Of a DNA stretch of 64,000 nucleotides, positions 19,194-27,937 are shown piece by piece. The stretch is taken from NCBI GenBank assembly GCA_002452295.1, contig DKEX01000001.1, forward strand, positions 29 to 64,028. The letters are read 5' to 3'. The notes under the pieces were generated by a model. That model was not told the DNA's origin and ran no database searches. It worked only from the letters and a program-made list of their open reading frames with translations. The DNA comes from Firmicutes bacterium UBA6811 (GTDB lineage: Bacteria; Bacillota; SHA-98; UBA4971). Position 1 is the stretch's first letter. Each line of letters begins with the position of its first letter. Both the position numbers and the translations under genes were made by a program.

Positions 19194-21074
19194 ATGAGGA
19201 GATTCTGGAAGGGAATCCTTGCTGGGTTGCTTTTCGTGTTCCTTGTGGCAGGCGTTGCTTCGACCGGGTTTGCGGGCCAGGGAAAGCTATATGAGATGGC
19301 TATTTTCGCCGATCCCACCACCATAAACCTGTACTCGTCTCTAGGCCCGAGCGCGACGGTGTATAACTCGTTTGTCTCCAACAGCCAGTACTATACGTCC
19401 CTTTACGGGAACGCCCCTCCGACCTGGGCGTTCGTGCCGTCTGCAGCAGCCGATATGCCGAGCCCGCTGAAAGAGGAGAAGATCGGCGACAAGACCTACT
19501 GCACGTCCATCGTCAAGATGCGTAAAGACATCAAGTGGAGCGACAATACTCCGCTCACTGCCGATGACGTCGTGTTCAGCTACAACGCCGTTCTTGAGAT
19601 GGACCCCAACAAGCTCGGCGGGAACTGGCCCAGCATCGTGGATCCGACCGTTCTCGAGCGCGTGGAAAAAGTGGACGACTACACGGTGAAGTTCATTCTC
19701 AAGGAGATGCCCGGGCTCTCCCAGTGGCAGTATGGAGTGCTCCTGAACTATATCGTTAACAAGAAGTACTGGGAGCCCATCTTCGAGAACGCGAAGAAGG
19801 CCGCTGATCCCGTGAAGGAACTCTTCGCTCACGAGCCCGAGAAGCAGCCGACGGCCGGCCCGTGGAAGTTCGGGCACTGGGAGAAGGGCGCTTTCTGGCA
19901 GAATGTGCCTAACCCAGCGTATAGCGGCAAGGGCGAGGTTACCACGTTTTATGAGAACGGCGTCGTCACCATCGAGAACCCGAAGACCGGGTTTAAGTGG
20001 CAGAGCGGCAAGCCCGAAGGGAAGGTCCAGCTCAAGATCACCGATGGTCCGGACGCGACTGGCACGCTGTACCGAATATTCCAGAACCAGAGCGCGGCTG
20101 TGCTCTCTCTGACGGGCGGACAGGTTGACTTCGTGCTGAACTCCCTCGGCCTGCAGCGTGGGTTCCAGGAGCAGCTCAAGAAGGCACCCAATGTTGCGCT
20201 GATCGAGAACAGCGTCAACGGCTTCCGGTTCATGTCGTTCAACCTGAGGAAGTACCCCTTCAACATCAAGGAGTTCCGCCAGGCAGTGTCGGTCCTCATC
20301 GATCGCGAGTATATCTGCCAGAAGGTGCTTCAGGGCATCGCGTTCCCGCAGTACTCGGTTGTGCCGCCCGGAAATGCTTTCTGGTTCAACGAAAAGGTCC
20401 CGCAGTGGGGCAAGGGCCTCACCCGTTCCCAGAAGGTAGCCGAGGCGGTCAAGCTACTCAAGAAGGCCGGGTTCAAGTGGGAAGTGGAGCCCGAGGTAGA
20501 TCTCGAAAAGGACAAGGTTCTCAAGCGCGGCAAGGGGCTCATCATGCCGGACGGGAAGAAGATGCCCGAGTTCGAGTTCATGATCATGACGGCGGGCTAC
20601 GATCCTCTCCGGTACACGTTCGGCCTGAACATCGCCGCGTGGCTGAAGGAGGTCGGCATCCCGATTGAGGCCGTGCCCACCGAATTCAACGTCGTAAGCT
20701 CGAGGGTCTTCGATGAGCAGAACTTCGACGCGTTCATGATGGGCTGGAGCCTGAGCTTGTATCCGGACCACATGAAGTGGTTCTTCCACAGCGAGCAGGC
20801 TGAGCCCGGCGGCTTCAACCCCCAAGGCTACAACAACCCTGGGTTCGACAAGCTCGCGGACGACTTCGTCAAGGAGGCCGACTTGGAGAAGGCGCGCGAG
20901 AAGGCGTTCAAGTTGCAAGAGATCCTGGCAGACGAGCTGCCCTACATCGTGCTCTTTGACACCCCGCTCATCGAGGCTTACAAAACGGACCGCGTGCAAT
21001 ACCCGTACACGAAGGTCCTGAGCGGGCTGCAGTACGTCGGGGGACTCACGAGCACCGTCAAGATGCTCGACTGA
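19194..21074 (+). CDS. ABC transporter substrate-binding protein, family 5 (Opp/Dpp/Nik-type peptide/nickel binding).
   Basis: 626 aa with N-terminal signal/anchor LAGLLFVFLVAGVAS and a cluster D-E SBP_bac_5 architecture. Confidence 0.8.
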   Translation: MRRFWKGILAGLLFVFLVAGVASTGFAGQGKLYEMAIFADPTTINLYSSLGPSATVYNSFVSNSQYYTSLYGNAPPTWAFVPSAAADMPSPLKEEKIGDKTYCTSIVKMRKDIKWSDNTPLTADDVVFSYNAVLEMDPNKLGGNWPSIVDPTVLERVEKVDDYTVKFILKEMPGLSQWQYGVLLNYIVNKKYWEPIFENAKKAADPVKELFAHEPEKQPTAGPWKFGHWEKGAFWQNVPNPAYSGKGEVTTFYENGVVTIENPKTGFKWQSGKPEGKVQLKITDGPDATGTLYRIFQNQSAAVLSLTGGQVDFVLNSLGLQRGFQEQLKKAPNVALIENSVNGFRFMSFNLRKYPFNIKEFRQAVSVLIDREYICQKVLQGIAFPQYSVVPPGNAFWFNEKVPQWGKGLTRSQKVAEAVKLLKKAGFKWEVEPEVDLEKDKVLKRGKGLIMPDGKKMPEFEFMIMTAGYDPLRYTFGLNIAAWLKEVGIPIEAVPTEFNVVSSRVFDEQNFDAFMMGWSLSLYPDHMKWFFHSEQAEPGGFNPQGYNNPGFDKLADDFVKEADLEKAREKAFKLQEILADELPYIVLFDTPLIEAYKTDRVQYPYTKVLSGLQYVGGLTSTVKMLD

Positions 21075-21118
21075 GGAGAAGTCGCATTCTGGGCGCAAGT
21101 CGGTCTGAGACCTCTCAC

Positions 21119-21148
21119 GAGCGGGCCTGGGGTGCCCCAGGCCCGCTC
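21119..21148 (+). terminator. Perfect 14-15 bp GC hairpin between the substrate-binding-protein and permease genes (intra-operon attenuator).
   Basis: (C)GAGCGGGCCTGGGG-TG-CCCCAGGCCCGCTC(G), with no U-tract. Confidence 0.4.
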
Positions 21149-21209
21149 GAGTCTGCCAGGCCTTGGGCGCAGGGTGTGCGGGCAGGGCAAATCTGTCAGG
21201 GATTGAGGG

Positions 21210-22394
21210 ATGGAGATGCGCCGATACCTTTTGAACCGGCTAGGCCAGGTGGTCCTGACCCTCATCATATATATTACTCTGGTGTACTTCCTGCTTCAGG
21301 CCATGCCTGGCGACATCACACAGATGTACCTGGCGAATCCCAGGATCCCGCAGGCCGCCAGGGAAGAGCTTCAGAAACAGCTTGGCCTCGACCAGGGAGT
21401 CGTGATGCAGTACCTGAATTACCTCAAGAACTTCTTCAGCGGGGAACTCGGAGTGTCGTTCTCCCACTACCCTCGTCCGGTGTGGGACATCCTGATGGAA
21501 CGGCTGCCGAGAACCTTCGTGCTGTTCCTTACTGCGCATGTCCTTTCGTTCTACCTTGGGTACTTGTTGGGACGAATCATCGCGTGGCGCCGAGGTAAGG
21601 TGGTGGATTACGCCGCAACCGTCGTGGGCATAACGTTTTGGACCGCCTTCTACCCTCTTCTCTCACTTGTGCTGATCTGGGTCTTTGCTTATACCCTTAA
21701 GCTGCTTCCTCTCAACCAGTTCATAGAGCCGAGGCTGTGGCAGGGGGCACCTTTCCCGACCAACACCGTCTTCGGCTATATGGTATACGGAGGTGGCGCG
21801 GTTGCAGTAGGCCTGTTTCTCGTCTTCTATGCTTTCCTTCGTGGCCTGAAGCGTAGTCGTCGCAACACCGCTCGCGCGTGGCTCTCTGCCTTCGCGATCA
21901 TTGCAGTAGCCCTTGCAGTGGCGTGGCGCACAGGGTTGCTCGTCTACATCTGGGACATAGCGAGCCACATGATCCTTCCTGTGTGCACGCTTACGCTCAT
22001 CAGCTTCGCAGGCACGATGCTTCTCATGCGAGACTCCATGCTCGAGACCGTGCAGGAGGACTACGTGATGGCGGCTCGCGCGAAAGGTCTCCCCGACACG
22101 ATCGTAAGGGACAGATACGCTGCGCGCACTGCCATGCTGCCCACCGTTACTAGCCTGGTGCTGAGCCTGGCGAGCTCCATGAGCGGCGGCCTCGTCACCG
22201 AGACGATGTTTTCGTGGCCAGGCCTGGGCCAGATTCTCTTCCACTCGGCACTGGCCAACGACTATCCGCTCGCGACCGGAGCTCTCGCGTTCACAGGAGT
22301 GTTTCTCCTGATAGCGCACTTTGTTGCGGACATCCTCTACGCGGTGCTCGACCCCCGGATCACTTATGCAGGACAGCCTGCTGTCGAGGGTTAG
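21210..22394 (+). CDS. ABC transporter permease (OppB/DppB/NikB-like).
   Basis: BPD_transp_1 fold with multiple TM helices and the EAA-like motif region (AARAKGLPD). Confidence 0.8.
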   Translation: MEMRRYLLNRLGQVVLTLIIYITLVYFLLQAMPGDITQMYLANPRIPQAAREELQKQLGLDQGVVMQYLNYLKNFFSGELGVSFSHYPRPVWDILMERLPRTFVLFLTAHVLSFYLGYLLGRIIAWRRGKVVDYAATVVGITFWTAFYPLLSLVLIWVFAYTLKLLPLNQFIEPRLWQGAPFPTNTVFGYMVYGGGAVAVGLFLVFYAFLRGLKRSRRNTARAWLSAFAIIAVALAVAWRTGLLVYIWDIASHMILPVCTLTLISFAGTMLLMRDSMLETVQEDYVMAARAKGLPDTIVRDRYAARTAMLPTVTSLVLSLASSMSGGLVTETMFSWPGLGQILFHSALANDYPLATGALAFTGVFLLIAHFVADILYAVLDPRITYAGQPAVEG

Positions 22395-22426
22395 GTCAGC
22401 GTGTGGGGCAAGGCAGGTGAGAGAAT

Positions 22427-23389
22427 GTGAGACAACTGGCACCAAGCCCACAAGCAGAGGCTACTGTCCTCAGAGAGCCTTTGTGGAAGATCAGGTGGAA
22501 ACTCACTGTAAGAGGCCTTGCACAGAACTGGGCCGTCTTCAGAGAAAGTCGCGTGGGCATGCTCGGAGTTGTTATCATACTGCTTTTCGGCGTGTTCGGG
22601 GCGCTATGGCCCATCATGATAAACACAGTATGGGATCCTCTGGTGTACCACCCCGTGGTGGGGTTCGATCCCATGGTACTCCATCCCTCGCCGCCCACGA
22701 GAGCGCACCTTCTCGGCACTGATCCCATCGGCCGGGACATCCTGGCCCAACTCATGTTCAGCACGGGTCGGGAATTCCTGCTGGGGGTGCTTTCAGCACT
22801 CATCACTGTTGTGATCGGCACCGTCATCGGCACGGTGGCCGCCTACTACGGTGGGTTCACCGACACGTTTTTCATGCGCGTGGCCGACATCATGATGTTG
22901 TTCCCGTTCATTCCGCTTCTTGTCGTGGTCGGCTCTATGGTGCGGCTGACCTTCTTTCCCTTCGCGATGATACTGGGAGTGCTGGGAGGATTCGGAGGCA
23001 TAACGATCATTCTGAAAGCCCAGGCGCTCTCGGTCAAGGTCAGGCCGTACATCGACGCTGCGCGTGTGGCTGGAGGAAGCAGCTTCCACATAATCCGCGC
23101 ACACATCATCCCAAACGTGCTGCCGCTGTCGTTTCTATACATGATGTTCAATGTCACGTCAGCGATCCTGAGTGAGGCGACGCTGTCGTTCTTCGGCGTT
23201 CTGAACATCGATATGAGTTGGGGGATGATGATCCATACCGCCGACGTGGCAGGCTACCTCTTCGATTTCGGCAAGTACTGGTGGCTGTGGCTGCCGTCAG
23301 GAGTTGCAATCACGCTGTTCTGCGCCGCGTTCTACATGGTCGGCAGGGGACTCGACGAAGTTGTGAACCCGCGGCTGAGAAAGAGGTGA
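22427..23389 (+). CDS. ABC transporter permease (OppC/DppC/NikC-like).
   Basis: TM-rich with the conserved permease loop; follows the OppB-like gene. Confidence 0.8.
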   Translation: MRQLAPSPQAEATVLREPLWKIRWKLTVRGLAQNWAVFRESRVGMLGVVIILLFGVFGALWPIMINTVWDPLVYHPVVGFDPMVLHPSPPTRAHLLGTDPIGRDILAQLMFSTGREFLLGVLSALITVVIGTVIGTVAAYYGGFTDTFFMRVADIMMLFPFIPLLVVVGSMVRLTFFPFAMILGVLGGFGGITIILKAQALSVKVRPYIDAARVAGGSSFHIIRAHIIPNVLPLSFLYMMFNVTSAILSEATLSFFGVLNIDMSWGMMIHTADVAGYLFDFGKYWWLWLPSGVAITLFCAAFYMVGRGLDEVVNPRLRKR

Positions 23390-23393
23390 TAGA

Positions 23394-24428
23394 ATGGATA
23401 CCCTCCTGAAGCTGGATGATTTCACCATGCATTACCGCACAAAGGCCGGCTGGGTTCAGGCGGTTGACGGCGTGACGCTTTCCCTGGCACGAGGCCAGGC
23501 TCTCGGCCTGGTCGGAGAATCAGGGTGCGGAAAGACATCCGTTGCGATGTCCATAATGAAGCTGTTGCCCTATAACTCCAAAGTGGTCAGGGGCAGGATC
23601 CTGTTTGAGGACCGCGACATCTACTCGATGAGCGACGAAGAAGTCAGGAGGATGCGATGGAAAGGCATCGCCATGATATTCCAGGCAGCGATGAACTCGC
23701 TCAACCCCGTGTACCGCGTGGGCAACCAGATAGTCGAGGCCATAGTGACTCACGAGCCCGAGACGAGCGAACGGGAAGCCCGCGAAAGGGTTGCGTCCCT
23801 CTTCGAGCTAGTGGGGATCCCCAAGGAGCGCGTGGACCACTATCCTCATGAGTACAGCGGCGGGATGAAGCAGAGAGCTGTCATCGCGATGGCGCTTGCC
23901 TGCAACCCAAAGCTGGTCATCGCTGACGAACCCACCACGGCCCTCGACGTCATAGTACAGGACAAGATCCTCCGCGAGATAGATCAGATAAGGCGAAAGA
24001 TCAACATGAGCATGATTTACATCTCCCACGACGTTTCGGTCATCGCGGAGGTGAGCGACGTGGTGGCCGTGATGTACGCGGGTAAGCTGGTCGAAATGGG
24101 CCCGGCGGACAACGTGTTCAAGAAGCCTCGTCATCCGTACACTTGTGGTCTCATGATGGCCTATCCAAGCATCCTCGGGGACAAACACGAGCTTGCCACG
24201 ATTCCGGGCGAGCCGCCGAACCTGCTTGACCCGCCGGCGGGATGCCGTTTCCACCCGCGGTGCGACCGGGCAAGCGTGGAGTGCAGGGAAGCTGATCCTG
24301 TGTGGCGGGCAGTCGCCGAGGGTCACTACACCGCGTGTCACAACCCCGTCGAGATCACGGGTACCTGGTCGGAGGCCGTCAAAGCACTCAATGGGGGTGA
24401 GCGTCTTGGTGCTTCCAGCAACGCCTGA
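23394..24428 (+). CDS. ABC transporter ATP-binding protein (OppD/DppD/NikD-like).
   Basis: Walker A GESGCGKTS, signature YSGGMKQR, Walker B LVIADEPTTALD. Confidence 0.85.
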   Translation: MDTLLKLDDFTMHYRTKAGWVQAVDGVTLSLARGQALGLVGESGCGKTSVAMSIMKLLPYNSKVVRGRILFEDRDIYSMSDEEVRRMRWKGIAMIFQAAMNSLNPVYRVGNQIVEAIVTHEPETSEREARERVASLFELVGIPKERVDHYPHEYSGGMKQRAVIAMALACNPKLVIADEPTTALDVIVQDKILREIDQIRRKINMSMIYISHDVSVIAEVSDVVAVMYAGKLVEMGPADNVFKKPRHPYTCGLMMAYPSILGDKHELATIPGEPPNLLDPPAGCRFHPRCDRASVECREADPVWRAVAEGHYTACHNPVEITGTWSEAVKALNGGERLGASSNA

Positions 24429-24429
24429 T

Positions 24430-25413
24430 ATGCCCGATGCAGATGACGCAATCCTTCGCGTGGAGCGTCTCTCCAAGTACTACCCTGTATCTCGCGGGTT
24501 TTTCCAGCGCCGTCACTTGCTCCTACACGCGGTCGACGACGCAAGCTTCGAGGTCAGGCGGGGCGAGGTGTCGGGCCTTGTCGGGGAGTCGGGTTGCGGG
24601 AAAACGACCACAGGGCGGCTAATAGCCCGGCTTATCCTTCCCACGGCAGGCCGTATCTTCGTGGATAATGCTGATGTCTCGAAGATCCAGGGGTCTGACC
24701 TCGTGGAGTTCCGGCAGAAGGTCCAGATGATTTTCCAGGACCCGTACGAGTCGCTGGACCCCAGGATGACCATTTTCGATATAGTGACGGAGCCCCTGAA
24801 TGTGAACGGAATAGGCAACCTTGAGGAGCGGGAGGAGCGAGTGGCTGAGATGTTGAGCCTGGTCGGAATCACGCCGCCCTCTGCTTTCCTCTTCCGTTTC
24901 CCTCATGAGCTATCGGGAGGGCAAAGGCAGCGCGTGGCCATTGCCCGGGCACTCGTGGTGAACCCTACCTTTGTGGTGGCGGACGAGCCCACGTCAATGC
25001 TGGACGTCTCCATCCGCACAGGTGTGATGAAGCTGTTGGCCCAGCTCAGAGAGGATCTCGGGATCAGCTACCTGTACATCACCCACGATCTTGCGGTGGC
25101 GAGATACCTCTGCGACAGGATCGCAGTGATGTACCTGGGCAAAATCGTGGAGATGGGAACGGCTGAGGAGATCGTCAAGGAGCCGCTTCACCCGTATACC
25201 AGGGCTCTCATATCCGCTGTGCCGGTGCCTGACCCGGCGATAAGGCGTCCTGTCCCCAATATCAAGGGAGGTCTGAGCAAGCCGATAAACCCGCTGCCGA
25301 GATGCCGGTTTTACGAGCGGTGCCCGGACGCGAGAGGCGTGTGTGCCGACCAGAACCACCCGGAACTGAAAGAGGTATCAGGCGGCCGCTTTGTTGCGTG
25401 CCATGTGCTGTGA
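24430..25413 (+). CDS. ABC transporter ATP-binding protein (OppF/DppF/NikE-like). The start is ambiguous (24391 or 24430).
   Basis: Walker A GESGCGKTT, signature LSGGQRQR, Walker B FVVADEPTSMLD, and a C-terminal oligopeptide-type extension with Cys residues. Confidence 0.8.
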   Translation: MPDADDAILRVERLSKYYPVSRGFFQRRHLLLHAVDDASFEVRRGEVSGLVGESGCGKTTTGRLIARLILPTAGRIFVDNADVSKIQGSDLVEFRQKVQMIFQDPYESLDPRMTIFDIVTEPLNVNGIGNLEEREERVAEMLSLVGITPPSAFLFRFPHELSGGQRQRVAIARALVVNPTFVVADEPTSMLDVSIRTGVMKLLAQLREDLGISYLYITHDLAVARYLCDRIAVMYLGKIVEMGTAEEIVKEPLHPYTRALISAVPVPDPAIRRPVPNIKGGLSKPINPLPRCRFYERCPDARGVCADQNHPELKEVSGGRFVACHVL

Positions 25414-25564
25414 GCCTGCCCGGCGAAACCATGTTGTTCCCGGGTGGGAGGAGGCCCAGCCGACGGCGGACAGGGGGGTCGGCTGTGCGGCAAGCTGGAT
25501 TGCGCAGGCAAACAGCCTGATGAAGGCGAGGTGAGGCCCTCTGCGCGCGCGGGGTGTTCACAGG

Positions 25565-26089
25565 GTGTGGTCATGGGTCGCCCTCGTGGTCGCATTCGCA
25601 GGTGCATCCCTGTTCATGGTTGCGACCCAACGCAGGTACTTTGAGTACGCTGAATGGACCCGGGGGATATCAGCTTCGATCGAGACAGCCTGCTTGGTCC
25701 GGTCGGATGAAGGTGGGACTCTAAGCCTGAGCGTAGGCGTCGCGTCACCTGCCGTCAGGTTCCGGGCTGTGGTGGACAGAGTGGAGTTCACTCTTGCGCG
25801 AGGGGGCAAGCATGCAGGGTACTACTTCACACTCCCAGGCGAAATGGCTGTCGAAGATGTGGCCGAGGAGGAAGATCTCCAGCGCATCACTGTGACGAAG
25901 CGGATACCGATGGAGGCTGTACAGGCTGGCACCGCCGCGATTGAAGCGGGCGGGGGACCCGCAGAAGCAGGTGGAAATGGCGCGGTGCGACTGACTGGGG
26001 ACGTGGTCCTGAAGGTTAGCCTGGCACGCGGCGACAGGCTGCTGCGGGTGCCGGTGTCGGGGGAGGTGACGATGGCCGATGGCGCGTGA
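25565..26089 (+). CDS. Hypothetical membrane-anchored protein.
   Basis: GTG start and an N-terminal TM helix WVALVVAFAGASLFMV. No recognisable domain. The end overlaps the next ORF by 11 nt. Confidence 0.35.
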   Translation: MWSWVALVVAFAGASLFMVATQRRYFEYAEWTRGISASIETACLVRSDEGGTLSLSVGVASPAVRFRAVVDRVEFTLARGGKHAGYYFTLPGEMAVEDVAEEEDLQRITVTKRIPMEAVQAGTAAIEAGGGPAEAGGNGAVRLTGDVVLKVSLARGDRLLRVPVSGEVTMADGA

Positions 26090-26504
26090 GGAGGCTGCGA
26101 CGCGAGGTATGAGGTTTGCTGGCATCGCGGTGCATGCTCTTCTTGCAGTAGGGATCGGATCTGTGTTCCTGGCCGCCCTGCAGCTCGGGGACTTCACGCC
26201 CGTTCCTTCAATGTGGAGCATCGTCATTCCCGTACTCGGGGGGGTATCTTTCGGGCTTGCGCGGATGAGCGTCCACGAAATGGTGGGATGCGTGGCGGTT
26301 GTGCTCGTGGCCTCCCCAGTGCTTGCAGCGGTTCTCGTGGGTTTACCTGCTTCGGCATACGAGGGTGCGGCGGTTGTACGCGCAGCGCTGCGGGCCGCAC
26401 TGGTGGCTGACCTCGTTTTTCTGCTGCCGCCCACCCTGGCAGGGGTCATCGTAGGGAGATGGGTGGCGGGCTTCTCCGGGTACCGCGCCAGACCGTTCAG
26501 ATAG
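26079..26504 (+). CDS. Hypothetical polytopic membrane protein.
   Basis: About 4 TM helices and no recognisable motif. Overlaps the previous ORF (ATGGCGCGTGA). Confidence 0.35.
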   Translation: MAREEAATRGMRFAGIAVHALLAVGIGSVFLAALQLGDFTPVPSMWSIVIPVLGGVSFGLARMSVHEMVGCVAVVLVASPVLAAVLVGLPASAYEGAAVVRAALRAALVADLVFLLPPTLAGVIVGRWVAGFSGYRARPFR

Positions 26505-26578
26505 TACAGGCTTCTGTTTCGGAAGCAACCAGACGGGGAGCCATTACGGCACCCCAGATTGTCTGCGGAGGGACCAAT

Positions 26579-27919
26579 ATGGCGCAAGGGGGAAAGGGAG
26601 GGCCTGCGCATGCGGGGACGCTGCGCCAGGAGCGTGCTGGCGGGCGGCTGGTTGGGGGAAAGCCGCAGGCGGCCGTGGTCGAGGAGTTCGCGAGCTTCGT
26701 GTCCCCGGGCAGGGTTGGTGTCTACCGTGCCCTGGGGGTCGATGCGGTCCCCGGCAGGCGCGAGGGAGTGTACGTGTGGGACCTCGACGGGAAGAGGTAC
26801 ATCAACTGCCGGTCGAGCGGCGGCGTGTTCAACCTGGGCCACCGGGCGCCCGCCGTCGTGAACGCGCTGAAGCAGGCGCTGGACGTGCTCGACATCGGGG
26901 ATCACATGCTCCTCAGTGAACAGCGGGCCAGGCTGGCCAGGAGGCTCGCCGAACTCACTCCCGGTGACATCACGTACAGCTTTTTCACCGCGAGCGGCGG
27001 CGAGGCGTGCGACGTCGCGATCAAGCTCGCCAGGGGCTATACGGGCCGTCCGGGGATCGTTTCGGCTGAGAATGGATACCACGGGCACACGGGGTTTGCG
27101 CTCTCTGCCGGCGATCCCCGCTTCAAGAGGCACTTCGAGCCGCTCATGCCGGGTTTTCACCAGGTGCCCTTCGGGGACGTCGAGGCTCTCAGGCGCGCCG
27201 TGGACGAGACGACTGCTGCGGTGATATTCGAGACCATACCCGCAACTGCCGGAATAATCATTCCACCTGCCGACTTCTTCCCGGCGGTGAGGCAGGTATG
27301 CGACGCCGCGGGCGCTCTCATGATCCTCGACGAGGTGCAAGCCGGGCTCGGGCGCACGGGCCGCCTTTGGGCGACCGACGAGTGGGGCGTGGTCCCGGAT
27401 ATCCTGGTGCTCGGCAAGGGGATGAGCGGCGGGGTTTACCCGCTCTCGGCGGTATGCTACAGGGCACACGTTGACGAGTTCTTCAGGCGAAACCCGTTCG
27501 TGCATCTTACGTCCTTCGGAGGGGCGGACCTCGGGTGCGTGTGCGCCCTTGCCATGCTGGACGAGATCTGCCGGCCTGGCTTCCTGGACCATGTGAGGTC
27601 CATGGGCGAGCGGTTCGAGCGGGGGTTCGCAGCGCTCAGGAAGGCTTATCCTGGCCTCGTGGCAGGCTGGAGGCGGCGCGGCCTCATGATGGCGTTCGAG
27701 CTCGCCGACGACAGGCTCGGGCCCATGATGACGTACGCCCTGGGGGAAAACGGCGTCATCGCGGTGTTCTCCGACTTTCGCCCGAGGGCGATGCAGATAA
27801 TGCCGCCTCTTGTCATCCAGCCGGCCCAGGTGGACGAGGTGATCGATGCCATGGACCGGGCGCTCGGCCTCGTCGAGAGCATGGTTGCCGCCGGGGCGCC
27901 CGTTCCATACACTCCCTGA
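26579..27919 (+). CDS. Class III PLP-dependent aminotransferase (GABA/ornithine/omega-amino-acid aminotransferase family).
   Basis: GNHMLLSEQ, FFTASGGEA..KLARGYTGR, DEVQAGLGRTGRLWA and PLP-lysine LGKGMSGG. ATG at 26579 follows GGAGGG. Confidence 0.8.
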   Translation: MAQGGKGGPAHAGTLRQERAGGRLVGGKPQAAVVEEFASFVSPGRVGVYRALGVDAVPGRREGVYVWDLDGKRYINCRSSGGVFNLGHRAPAVVNALKQALDVLDIGDHMLLSEQRARLARRLAELTPGDITYSFFTASGGEACDVAIKLARGYTGRPGIVSAENGYHGHTGFALSAGDPRFKRHFEPLMPGFHQVPFGDVEALRRAVDETTAAVIFETIPATAGIIIPPADFFPAVRQVCDAAGALMILDEVQAGLGRTGRLWATDEWGVVPDILVLGKGMSGGVYPLSAVCYRAHVDEFFRRNPFVHLTSFGGADLGCVCALAMLDEICRPGFLDHVRSMGERFERGFAALRKAYPGLVAGWRRRGLMMAFELADDRLGPMMTYALGENGVIAVFSDFRPRAMQIMPPLVIQPAQVDEVIDAMDRALGLVESMVAAGAPVPYTP

Positions 27920-27937
27920 CCTGGAGGGGCGGGTGTC

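Noticed and set aside
19052-19197. A 47-codon upstream ORF as a real leader peptide.
   Set aside because: Below the ORF-track threshold, with no RBS and no conservation evidence. Kept only as part of the leader-region finding.
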